Below are positions 15,543 through 23,446 of a stretch of DNA of 32,000 nt, in pieces. The notes beneath the pieces were generated by a model, which was not told where the DNA came from, did no database searches, and saw only the letters and a list, made by a program, of their open reading frames with translations. This DNA comes from Longivirga aurantiaca (lineage in GTDB: Bacteria; Actinomycetota; Actinomycetes; S36-B12; CAIYMF01), in contig NZ_JBHSTI010000008.1 of the NCBI RefSeq assembly GCF_042660085.1, forward strand, positions 1,299,876-1,331,875, read 5' to 3'. Every line of letters begins with the position of its first letter. The first letter of the stretch is position 1. The position numbers and the translations under genes are program-made.

Positions 15543-17354
15543 ATGGCTGGGTTCCCGCTCCCGTCGGAGATCACCACTCCGCCCGGCGCCGAAGGCTGGC
15601 AGGAGCTGTACGCGTACTCGTCGACGTGCAGCCCCGCGCGCGCCGAGTACGAGGACTCGATGTTCTGGTTCCAGGACGGCGTGCACTGGCCGAAGGCCCT
15701 GCTGCCGTGGGACGCCTCCCTCATGGAGGTGGCGATCACGGCGCTGTCGCAGTACAACACGCGTCACCTGCTCGTCCCGCCGGCCAACGGCATCGACTTC
15801 CGCATCGTGAACGGCTACACCTACCTGTCGCCGGTGCCAGCCCCGGAGGCCGACATCCCCGCCCGCGCCGAGCAGTTCATGCAGCGCGCAGGCCACTACT
15901 TCATGAACTGGAACGACCTCTACGACAACTGGCTCGTCAAGATCCGCGACCTGGTCAAGGAGATGGAGGGCATCACCTTCGAGACCCTCCCGGACGTCGA
16001 GCCCATGGAGGTCGTCACCTCCGGAGCGGGCAAGGGCGCGGGCGGCGCGCTGCAGGCCAACTACCTGCACCTGCTCACGTCGGCCAGCACCCTGTGGCAG
16101 TACCACTTCGAGTTCCTCAACCTGGGCTACGCCGCCTACCTGGACTTCTTCGGCTTCTGCAAGCAGGCGTTCCCCGGCATCTCCGACCTCGCCATCGCCA
16201 AGATGGTGGCCGGCGTCGAGGTCGACCTGTTCCGTCCGGACGAGGAGCTCAAGCGCCTCGCCCGCATGGCCGTCGACACCGGCATCACCGATGCCTTCAA
16301 GATCGGCGACGTCGAGGGCACGTGCGAGGCGCTGCGCGCCAAGGGCGACGCCGGTCAGGCCTGGATCTCCTCGTTCCAGCAGTCGGCCGAGCCGTGGTTC
16401 AACTTCTCGACCGGATCGGGCTTCTCGAGCCAGGACAAGATCTGGATCGAGAACGTCGAGATCCCGTTCGACTTCATCAAGAACTACATCGACAACCTCC
16501 AGAAGGGCGACGACATCAACCGCCCGACGGAGGCGATCTCGGCCGAGCGCGACCGCATCGTGTCGGAGTACGTCGCCCTGCTCGGCTCGGACGAGGACCG
16601 CGAGGCCTTCAACGGCAAGCTCGGCCTCGCCCGCGTGGTGTTCCCCTATGTCGAGAACCACAACTTCTACGTCGAGCACTGGAGCCACTCGGTCATCTGG
16701 CGCAAGATGAAGGAGCTCGGCGCGATCTTCGCGAAGGAGGGCTTCCTCGCGGACGCCGGCGACATCTTCTTCATGAAGCGCCACGAGATCCCGGACGCGC
16801 TGTTCGACCTCTACCACTCGTGGGCGGCGCCCGCGGTGGCGGCAGGCCCGTCGTACTGGCCGGGGATCATCGCCAGGCGCAAGTCGATCCACTCGGCGCT
16901 CAGCGACTGGAAGCCGACCCCGGCCCTCGGCTCGCCGCCGGAGGTCGTCACCGAGCCCCTCACGATCATGCTGTGGGGCATCACGTCCGACTCGATCGCC
17001 AACTGGCTCGGCGGCGGTGCGAGCGAGGACGGCTCCCTCAACGGCATGGCGGCCTCGCCCGGTGTCGAGGAGGGCCCGGCCCGCGTCATCTTCGGGCCCG
17101 ACCAGATCAACGAGGTGCAGGACGGCGAGATCCTCGTCGCCCCGCTCACCGCGCCGAGCTGGGCGCCGATCTTCGGCAAGATCAAGGCGACCGTCACGGA
17201 CACCGGCGGCATGATGAGCCACGCCGCCATCGTGTGCCGCGAGTACGGCCTCCCGGCGGTGACCGGTACGGGCTTCGCCACGTCGCTCATCACGACCGGC
17301 ATGAGGATCCGCGTCGACGGGTCCAACGGCAAGGTCACGATCCTGGACGACTAA
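15543..17354 (+). CDS. PEP-utilising enzyme mobile-domain protein; phospho-histidine/substrate subunit of a split dikinase (phenylphosphate synthase PpsA-like)
   Basis: 603 aa starting at an ATG preceded by GAAGGAG. The C-terminal ~90 aa form the swivelling His domain (GMAASPG..., TDTGGMMSHAAIVCREYGLPAVTG). The ~500-aa N-terminal region has no motif I can name and is presumably the substrate-binding part. There is no PEP/pyruvate TIM-barrel domain. Confidence 0.85.
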   Translation: MAGFPLPSEITTPPGAEGWQELYAYSSTCSPARAEYEDSMFWFQDGVHWPKALLPWDASLMEVAITALSQYNTRHLLVPPANGIDFRIVNGYTYLSPVPAPEADIPARAEQFMQRAGHYFMNWNDLYDNWLVKIRDLVKEMEGITFETLPDVEPMEVVTSGAGKGAGGALQANYLHLLTSASTLWQYHFEFLNLGYAAYLDFFGFCKQAFPGISDLAIAKMVAGVEVDLFRPDEELKRLARMAVDTGITDAFKIGDVEGTCEALRAKGDAGQAWISSFQQSAEPWFNFSTGSGFSSQDKIWIENVEIPFDFIKNYIDNLQKGDDINRPTEAISAERDRIVSEYVALLGSDEDREAFNGKLGLARVVFPYVENHNFYVEHWSHSVIWRKMKELGAIFAKEGFLADAGDIFFMKRHEIPDALFDLYHSWAAPAVAAGPSYWPGIIARRKSIHSALSDWKPTPALGSPPEVVTEPLTIMLWGITSDSIANWLGGGASEDGSLNGMAASPGVEEGPARVIFGPDQINEVQDGEILVAPLTAPSWAPIFGKIKATVTDTGGMMSHAAIVCREYGLPAVTGTGFATSLITTGMRIRVDGSNGKVTILDD

Positions 17355-17368
17355 GGGCACACTGTCCC

Positions 17369-17397
17369 GCCTGGGGGGCCGGATCGGCCCCCCAGGC
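17369..17397 (+). terminator. Strong GC hairpin downstream of the dikinase (terminator, attenuator or mRNA-stabilising structure)
   Basis: GCCTGGGGGGCCG-GAT-CGGCCCCCCAGGC, a 13-bp perfect stem with a 3-nt loop, starting 15 nt after the stop at 17354. No adjacent U-tract. It is followed by about 65 nt and then the GGAGGA Shine-Dalgarno of the oxygenase gene. Confidence 0.5.
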
Positions 17398-17463
17398 CGG
17401 ATGCTCCGTCAGACTTCTTCCCAGCACTTCCCCAGCACCGCCGCAGCACACCGGAGGAACCGC

Positions 17464-18717
17464 ATGCTCACCGTGGAGCAGAACAACGAGCTCACGCAGA
17501 TCGGCCCGGGCACGCCCATGGGCGAGCTGCTCCGGCGCTACTGGTACCCCATCGCGTTCGAGCAGGACTTCGACACCGTCCCGTCCAAGACGGTGCGGCT
17601 GCTCAGCGAGGACTGGACGCTCTACAAGACCCCGAGCGGCAAGTACGGGATCATCGGCGAGAAGTGCGCGCACCGCCGCGCCTCGCTCACCTACGGCGTC
17701 GTCCACGAGGACGGCATCCGGTGCGGCTACCACGGCTGGAAGTACGACTTCGACGGCCAGTGCACCGAGCAGCCGGCCGAGGCCGACAACCAGAACTTCC
17801 GCGACCGCGTGAAGATGAAGTCGGGCAAGGCGCAGCCGATGGGCGGCCTGGTCTGGGTGTACGTCGGTCCCGACCCCGCGCCCGAGCTTCCGCGCTTCGA
17901 CGTGTTCGTGAAGGCCGGCGTCCGCGACGTCGGCTACACGGTCATCCCGTGCAACTGGCTCCAGATCATGGAGAACTCCGTCGACCCGCACCACGTCGAG
18001 TGGCTGCACGGCTACTACTTCAACTTCCTCGGTGAGACCAACGGCTTCGAGGCTCCCAAGGCCTTCCAGAAGAAGCACATGAAGACCGGCTTCGACGAGA
18101 TGGAGTGGGGCATCCTCAAGCGCCGCGTGCTCGAGGGCGGCACCGAGGAGAACGACGACTGGAAGATCGGCCACCCGCTCGTCTTCCCGTTCTACATGCG
18201 CGTCGGCGGCGCCTACATCGACCAGATGCAGATCCGCGTGCCGATCGACGAGACCCACACCTGGAAGCTCTTCTACTCCACGCACAACCCGGGAGAGAAG
18301 CTCACCACCCAGGAGCGCCCGCACGTGTACGAGTACCTCTGGAAGGACGAGGAGGGCCGGTTCATCACCGACTACATCGAGGGCCAGGACGTCATGGCCT
18401 GGGTGTCGCAGGGTGAGATCACCGACCGCACCCAGGAGCACCTCGGACGTTCGGACGCCGGTGTGGCGCTGCTGCGCAAGATGTTCAAGGAGAACATGCG
18501 CAAGGTGGCCAACGGCGAGGACCCGATCGGCACCGTCCGCTACAAGCACGACATCATCAATCTGCCCTGCGAGAAGGACAAGTTCGGCGCCGAGCGCACC
18601 TTCGCGGCAGCCTGGATCAACGGCGGCTCGATGCGGTACAGCCCGATCAAGGACGAGCTCCTGGCACTGCACGAGTCCTACTGGTCCGACCTGGAGAAGG
18701 CCGAAGCTGGTGCCTGA
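17464..18717 (+). CDS. Rieske non-heme iron oxygenase, catalytic alpha subunit (phthalate-family type, no beta subunit gene)
   Basis: 417 aa from the ATG at 17464, with GGAGGA at 17453..17458. Rieske motif CAHRRASL-x-CGYHGWKY (CxH-x17-CxxH). Mononuclear-iron motif NWLQIMENSVDPHHVEWLH. The N-terminal GPGTPMGELLRRYWYPIA is typical of alpha-only Rieske oxygenases. No small beta-subunit gene follows. Confidence 0.88.
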   Translation: MLTVEQNNELTQIGPGTPMGELLRRYWYPIAFEQDFDTVPSKTVRLLSEDWTLYKTPSGKYGIIGEKCAHRRASLTYGVVHEDGIRCGYHGWKYDFDGQCTEQPAEADNQNFRDRVKMKSGKAQPMGGLVWVYVGPDPAPELPRFDVFVKAGVRDVGYTVIPCNWLQIMENSVDPHHVEWLHGYYFNFLGETNGFEAPKAFQKKHMKTGFDEMEWGILKRRVLEGGTEENDDWKIGHPLVFPFYMRVGGAYIDQMQIRVPIDETHTWKLFYSTHNPGEKLTTQERPHVYEYLWKDEEGRFITDYIEGQDVMAWVSQGEITDRTQEHLGRSDAGVALLRKMFKENMRKVANGEDPIGTVRYKHDIINLPCEKDKFGAERTFAAAWINGGSMRYSPIKDELLALHESYWSDLEKAEAGA

Positions 18718-19006
18718 CGAGCGATCCGAGGTGGTGGCGCGGGCTGCTGACGCCGCGCCGCTGCCGGACGACCCGCACGAGCTGCCCGACCCCGGGCAGT
18801 GGTTCGCACCGGACGCCGAGCGGCACTACCTCGACCGGCCGAAGTTCTGCCCGATGTGCGCGGCTTCGATCGGCGAGCACGGCGGGATCACGACCGAGTA
18901 CTGGACCGGCGACACCCGCAACTTCATGACCTGGTGCGGGGAGTGCGGCTGGTTCGGCGAGGTGGTGCGGTTCGACCGCGTCACGATCATGGAGGAGGAG
19001 CACTGA
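18710..19006 (+). CDS. Small 4-Cys zinc-ribbon / rubredoxin-like protein of unknown function
   Basis: 98 aa if started at GTG 18710, which overlaps the oxygenase stop by 8 nt and has GGAGAAGG 9 nt upstream. Alternative GTG starts lie at 18731 and 18734. It contains CPMC-x25-CGEC with flanking aromatics (YW, FMTW, GW). Third codon positions are strongly G/C. No other start gives a gene that includes both Cys pairs. Confidence 0.6.
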   Translation: MPDERSEVVARAADAAPLPDDPHELPDPGQWFAPDAERHYLDRPKFCPMCAASIGEHGGITTEYWTGDTRNFMTWCGECGWFGEVVRFDRVTIMEEEH

Positions 19007-19020
19007 ACCCGGTCGCCGGC

Positions 19021-19773
19021 GTGGATGTCGAGTCCGCTGCCGAGCTGCTGGACGGTGCCCACCTGCGCGGTGTGCTGCTCGAGGCCGTCGACGTGCGCGT
19101 AGGCGGCCTCGCTGCGGCGTACGGCGTCCAGGACGCGCTCACGGCGCGCCGGATCGCCCGCGGCGCGACCCGGGTCGGGTGGAAGCTCGGGTACACCTCC
19201 GCCGTGATGCGTGCGCAGATGGGGATCTCCGAGCCCAACTTCGGTCCGCTGCTGTCGAGCATGCTGGTCGACGCGGTGGACGACCGGTTCGTGCAGCCGC
19301 GGGTCGAGCCGGAGATCGCGCTGGTCCTCGGCAGCGACCCCGGGCCCGGTGCGGGGATCGACGACGTCCTCGGCGCCTGCCGCTCGGCGCGCGTGGCGCT
19401 GGAGGTCGTCGACTCGGTCTGGACCGGCTACTCCTTCGACCTCGAGCACAACACCGCCGACGGGTCGTCGGCCGCCGGGGTGGTGCTGGGCGAGGTGATC
19501 CCGCTCGACCGGCTCGACGAGGTGGCGGTGACGATGCAGGTCGACGGCGTGGAGGTTGCCCACGGCCGCGGTGCCGACGCGTCGGGGCACCCGGCCCTCG
19601 GGATCGCATGGCTCAGCGCGCGCCTCGCCGAGCGAGGGCTGGCGCTGCACGACGGCGACGTCGTCATCACCGGGGGGCTGACGGCGGCGTACCCGCTCGA
19701 CCGGGGGTCGACGGTGGCGGCCACGTTCGCCCATGACGGGTTCGGCTCACGAACGGTGGAGGTCTCGCGGTGA
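19021..19773 (+). CDS. MhpD/XylI/XylJ-family hydratase/decarboxylase, third paralog
   Basis: 250 aa from GTG 19021, within ORF 18799..19773. Motifs GWKLGYTS, VEPEIALVLG and LEVVDSV are present. The N-terminus aligns by eye with the 9083..9871 paralog from this start. Confidence 0.8.
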   Translation: MDVESAAELLDGAHLRGVLLEAVDVRVGGLAAAYGVQDALTARRIARGATRVGWKLGYTSAVMRAQMGISEPNFGPLLSSMLVDAVDDRFVQPRVEPEIALVLGSDPGPGAGIDDVLGACRSARVALEVVDSVWTGYSFDLEHNTADGSSAAGVVLGEVIPLDRLDEVAVTMQVDGVEVAHGRGADASGHPALGIAWLSARLAERGLALHDGDVVITGGLTAAYPLDRGSTVAATFAHDGFGSRTVEVSR

Positions 19774-20414
19774 CGGCGCTCGTGCTCGACTTCGGCGGCC
19801 CGGTGCTACGCACGCCGTTCGAGCTGCTGCGCGGCGCCGAGACGCGGTTGGGGCTCGCCGACGGCGCGCTCGGCTGGACCGGGCCGTTCGATCCGTCCGT
19901 GGACGAGGACTGGCGGCTCATGCAGGGGCATGCGATCACCGAGCGCGACTACTGGCAGCGCAAGGCCGACGAGTTCGCGGCTCTCACGGGGCGCGAGGCG
20001 TCGTTCCGTGGCCTCATGGACGTGCTCTTCGACGCGCCCGAGCAGGAGCTCGTGCGGCCCGAGGCGCGGCGCCTCGCCGAGGACGCGCGGGGCGCCGGGA
20101 TCCCGGTCGCCGTGTGCACCAACGACATGCAGGCCTTCCATGGCCTCGAGTGGGTCCAGCGCAACGAGTTCCTGAAGCTTGTCGACGTGCTCGTCGACGG
20201 CTCGGTCGAGCACATCCTCAAGCCGGACCCACGGATCTACCTCATGGTGGTGGAACGGCTCGGCCTCGCCGCGGCGGACTGCGTCTTCGTCGACGACCAG
20301 CCCGGCAACGTGGCCGGTGCCGAGGCCGTGGGCATGCCGAGCGTGTGGTTCGACGTCACGGAGCCGTCGTCGTCGTACGCCGAGGCGCGCGCGCTGCTCG
20401 GGCTGGGTGCCTAG
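19770..20414 (+). CDS. HAD-IA superfamily hydrolase (probable phosphatase), paralog 2
   Basis: 214 aa. The GTG start overlaps the upstream stop (GTGA at 19770-19773). Motifs: LVLDFGGPVL, AVCTND, LKPDP, FVDD. It shares cap motifs (E-x-DYW) and the C-terminal ALLGLG with the 4960..5595 paralog. Confidence 0.8.
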   Translation: MTALVLDFGGPVLRTPFELLRGAETRLGLADGALGWTGPFDPSVDEDWRLMQGHAITERDYWQRKADEFAALTGREASFRGLMDVLFDAPEQELVRPEARRLAEDARGAGIPVAVCTNDMQAFHGLEWVQRNEFLKLVDVLVDGSVEHILKPDPRIYLMVVERLGLAAADCVFVDDQPGNVAGAEAVGMPSVWFDVTEPSSSYAEARALLGLGA

Positions 20415-20460
20415 AGATGGCGGCGACGCGGACCGGTCTCGGCGCCTGCGCGGGGCACGT

Positions 20461-21813
20461 ATGTGGTGGGATCGGCTCGTGACCTTCCGTGCAGCCGTCG
20501 TCGGCGCCGGGCCCTCGGGCCTGTACGCGGCCGACGCCCTCGCCTCCGCCGGTGTGAACGTCGACGTCATCGAGCGGCTCCCCGTCCCGTTCGGGCTCGT
20601 GCGCTACGGCGTCGCGCCCGACCACTTCTCCATCCGGTCGGTGCGCGACACCCTCGCCAAGGTGCTCGCGCGGCCCGAGGTGCGGCTGCTGGCGGGCGTC
20701 GAGGTGGGCGCAGACGTCACGGTCGACGAGCTCGTCGCGGCGTACGACGCCGTGGTGCTGACCTACGGCGCCTCGCGCGACCGGCACCTCGACGTGCCGG
20801 GCGAGGACCTGCCGGGCAGCGTCGCGGCCACCGACCTCGTGAACTGGTACTGCGGCCACCCGGACGCCGACCGCGAGCGCATCGAGGCGTCGCTGCGCGG
20901 CGTGACGAGCGCCGTCGTCGTCGGCGTGGGCAACGTGGCGGTCGACGTCGCGCGCGTGCTCGTCGCTCCGGCCGATCGGCTGGCGGCGACCGACATGCCG
21001 CAGCACGTGCTCGACGTGCTGGCCTGCACCGGCATCACCGACGTGCACGTGCTCGGCCGGCGTACCGCTGCGCACGCCAACTGGACCACGAAGGAGCTGC
21101 GCGAGCTCGGCGAGCTCGACGGCGTCGACGTCGTCTGCGGCGCGGCCGAGCTCGTGTCCGAGCCTGTGGCCGACAGGCTCGACGCGGAGGACCGCGTGGT
21201 GCACCGCAACCTCGAGGTGCTGCACGAGTGGTCGCACCGCTCGCCCACCGGGGCGCCGAGGCGGATCCACCTGCACTTCCACGCGCGTCCGGCAGAGCTG
21301 CGCGGCACCGACCGTGTCGAGACGATGGTGGTCGAGCGCACGCAGGTCGACGACGACGGCAGCGCGCACGGCACCGGCCAGACCTGGGAGCTTCCCGCGC
21401 AGCTCGTGATCCGGTCGGTCGGCTATCGCGGCCTGCCGCTCGAGGGCGTGCCGTTCGACCCTCGGCGCAACGTCGTGCGCAACGACGAGGGCCGCGTCGT
21501 CGACGAGGCCGGTGCGCAGGTGCCGGGGCTCTACGTCGCCGGATGGATCAAGCGGGGCCCCAGCGGGATCATCGGCACCAACAAGAAGGATGCCGGCGCG
21601 ACCGTGGCGCACCTGCTCGAGGACCTCGACGGTGCGGCCGAGCGCGGCGGCGACGGCGTCGTGCCCCTGCTGGCCTCGCGCGGCGTCACGCCGGTGGGCC
21701 TGTCCGGCTGGGAGTCGATCGACGCCGCCGAGCGCGCGCTCGGCGCCACCCAGGGCCGCGACCGCACCACGCTGCACACCCGCGACGCCCTGGTCGCCGC
21801 CGCCCGCCCCTGA
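20461..21813 (+). CDS. fprA: Ferredoxin--NADP+ reductase, adrenodoxin-reductase type (FprA-like)
   Basis: About 450 aa. FAD motif AAVVGAGPSGLYAA, FGLVRYGVAPDH, NADP motif VVGVGNVAVDVARVL and GWIKRGPSGIIGTNKKDA all closely match mycobacterial FprA as I recall it. The start is ATG 20461 or the in-frame GTG 20479. Confidence 0.88.
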   Translation: MWWDRLVTFRAAVVGAGPSGLYAADALASAGVNVDVIERLPVPFGLVRYGVAPDHFSIRSVRDTLAKVLARPEVRLLAGVEVGADVTVDELVAAYDAVVLTYGASRDRHLDVPGEDLPGSVAATDLVNWYCGHPDADRERIEASLRGVTSAVVVGVGNVAVDVARVLVAPADRLAATDMPQHVLDVLACTGITDVHVLGRRTAAHANWTTKELRELGELDGVDVVCGAAELVSEPVADRLDAEDRVVHRNLEVLHEWSHRSPTGAPRRIHLHFHARPAELRGTDRVETMVVERTQVDDDGSAHGTGQTWELPAQLVIRSVGYRGLPLEGVPFDPRRNVVRNDEGRVVDEAGAQVPGLYVAGWIKRGPSGIIGTNKKDAGATVAHLLEDLDGAAERGGDGVVPLLASRGVTPVGLSGWESIDAAERALGATQGRDRTTLHTRDALVAAARP

Positions 21814-21867
21814 CCGATTCGGTAGTGGAATCTCGCGGCAGAGTGCGAGATTCCACTACCGAATCGG
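21814..21867. terminator. Bidirectional terminator candidate: perfect 23-bp inverted repeat between convergent genes
   Basis: Left arm CCGATTCGGTAGTGGAATCTCGC (21814..21836), 8-nt loop, exact reverse complement at 21845..21867. It begins 1 nt after the fprA-like stop and ends 4 nt before the carbonic anhydrase stop. There is no U-tract on either side. Confidence 0.65.
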
Positions 21868-21871
21868 GGGT

Positions 21872-22384
21872 TCAGACGTCGCGGGGGAGGAGACGGCCGG
21901 TCTGCACGTCGTAGACCGCGCCGGCGACCGCGAGGTCCTTCGGCAGCAGGGGGTAGGCGCGGATCCGCCGCACGTCGAGCGCGAGCGCGGCCTCCTGGTC
22001 GTCGACCGTGCGGAACTCCACCGAGGCGGTCTCCACGCCGAACTCCTCGCGGATCGCGTCGTGGATCTGCTCCTCGGTGGCGTTCGCCATCTTGCAGTCG
22101 GTGTGCGGCATGACGAGCACGCGGTCGACGCCGAGGAGGTACGTCGCCAGCACGAGGGTGCGGAGCACGTCGTCGGTCACGCGGGCGCCGGCGTTGCGCA
22201 GGATCTTGACGTCGCCGTGCTTCATGCCGACGAGCGCGAGCGGCTCGATCCGGCTGTCCATGCACGTGATGATCGCGAGCCCCTGGGCGGCGCGGCCTCC
22301 GAGCTCGGAGGGGGTGTAGCGCGCGGAGTAGGCGCTGTTGCCGGCGAGCACGTCGGCGAAGGTGTCACCCGGGAACATGGTCAT
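21872..22384 (-). CDS. Beta-class carbonic anhydrase (Rv1284-like)
   Basis: 170 aa from the ATG at 22384 (MTMFPGD). Zinc-ligand motifs CMDSR and HTDC, plus VIRNAG-like ILRNAGARVTDD. The upstream part of ORF 21872..22777 is Arg/Pro-rich and overlaps the neighbouring gene. Confidence 0.85.
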   Translation of the reverse strand: MTMFPGDTFADVLAGNSAYSARYTPSELGGRAAQGLAIITCMDSRIEPLALVGMKHGDVKILRNAGARVTDDVLRTLVLATYLLGVDRVLVMPHTDCKMANATEEQIHDAIREEFGVETASVEFRTVDDQEAALALDVRRIRAYPLLPKDLAVAGAVYDVQTGRLLPRDV

Positions 22385-22460
22385 GCCGACGACGATACAA
22401 GAACGGACGTTCCTCTTTCCTTGTCGGGGTCGTCGCGTCCCGAGGCGTTCGGCGTCGGGC

Positions 22461-23446
22461 TCAGGCCCAGGGCTCCGCGGCCACCGGCTCGTCGGCCGCC
22501 CACGACACCACCGGCACGGCGGCCTTGCCGCACGACTCGCTGCGATCGGGGAGCGCGGAGACCACGCGCCGCACCCGGACGGTCCAGGTGCGGCCGTCGA
22601 CGTGGCGCACCTCGAGTTCGGCGACATCGTCCTGGCCGACGTACGACAGCGGCACCGGAGCGACGTGCTCGCCCACCCGACGCAGCACGTCGATGTCGTC
22701 GAGCCCGTCCACGTCGTGACCGAGGCGTACGGCGATCGCGGCCGACTGGGCCGGAGCAGCCGCCGAGCTACGACCACGCAGGTGGCCCATGGCGCCGATC
22801 CGGCCCGAGGACGCGGCGTCGAGCACCTCGGTCGCAGCGGCGAGGTCGAGGCGGCCGAAGACGTTGCCCGAGGGCAGCAGCATCGCGGTGGGTGCGAAGC
22901 GGTGGCCGCCGAGGTGGTTCACCTCGAGGACACGGCCCGCGTGCGCACCAGCCGCAAGCCCTTCTGCCAGAGGCAGCCCCGCGATCGCGCAGCAGCGGTC
23001 GCGGCGCGAGTTGGTGCAGACGAGCAGGAGCGGCGAGTCGTCCTTGGTGCCCCACGGCGGCAGCTGGCCGTGCGCGGCGTCGCGCATGACGTCGGGCAGC
23101 TCGGGCCGCAGCAGCACGGAGTCCTGAAGAACGCCGCTGCGCATGCGCACGCCGCCGGGCGCGCTGTGGGCGAACCAGAAGCGCCGGCTGGTGGTCTCCT
23201 CGTGCGCGTCGGCGTGCCGACCCGTGGTCCGCGCGAGCAGCACGGCGGTGCGGGTTCCTTCGATCGCGCGCGATAGCGCGGCGCCGACCTCGGCCGGCAG
23301 GTGCGAGTCGGTGAGGGCGACGCGGCCGTAGGGACCCGGCTGCTCGAGCACGAGCCACGCGCGGGCGAGCGGCGCCGTGCCCGGCATCGGCTCGGCGAGC
23401 CGGGCCGAGACGACCGAGCAGCGCTGGTCGTCGGTCACAGGGGTGC

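Noticed and set aside
14355-17354. Possibility that the two dikinase ORFs are one single-chain phosphotransferase (RPH/PEP-synthase-like) broken by a nonsense mutation; both are in the same reading frame
   Set aside because: The 96-nt spacer has two in-frame stops (15444 and 15510) and a 9-bp hairpin. It also has a canonical GAAGGAG Shine-Dalgarno at ideal spacing from the ATG at 15543. This looks like a genuine two-gene arrangement, as in phenylphosphate synthase, not a pseudogene.
15509-17812. 767-aa plus-strand ORF spanning the large dikinase gene and the start of the oxygenase gene
   Set aside because: It is out of frame relative to 15543..17354, which carries the PEP-utiliser His domain and a strong Shine-Dalgarno + ATG. 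The translation is Arg/Pro/Gly-rich with no motif.
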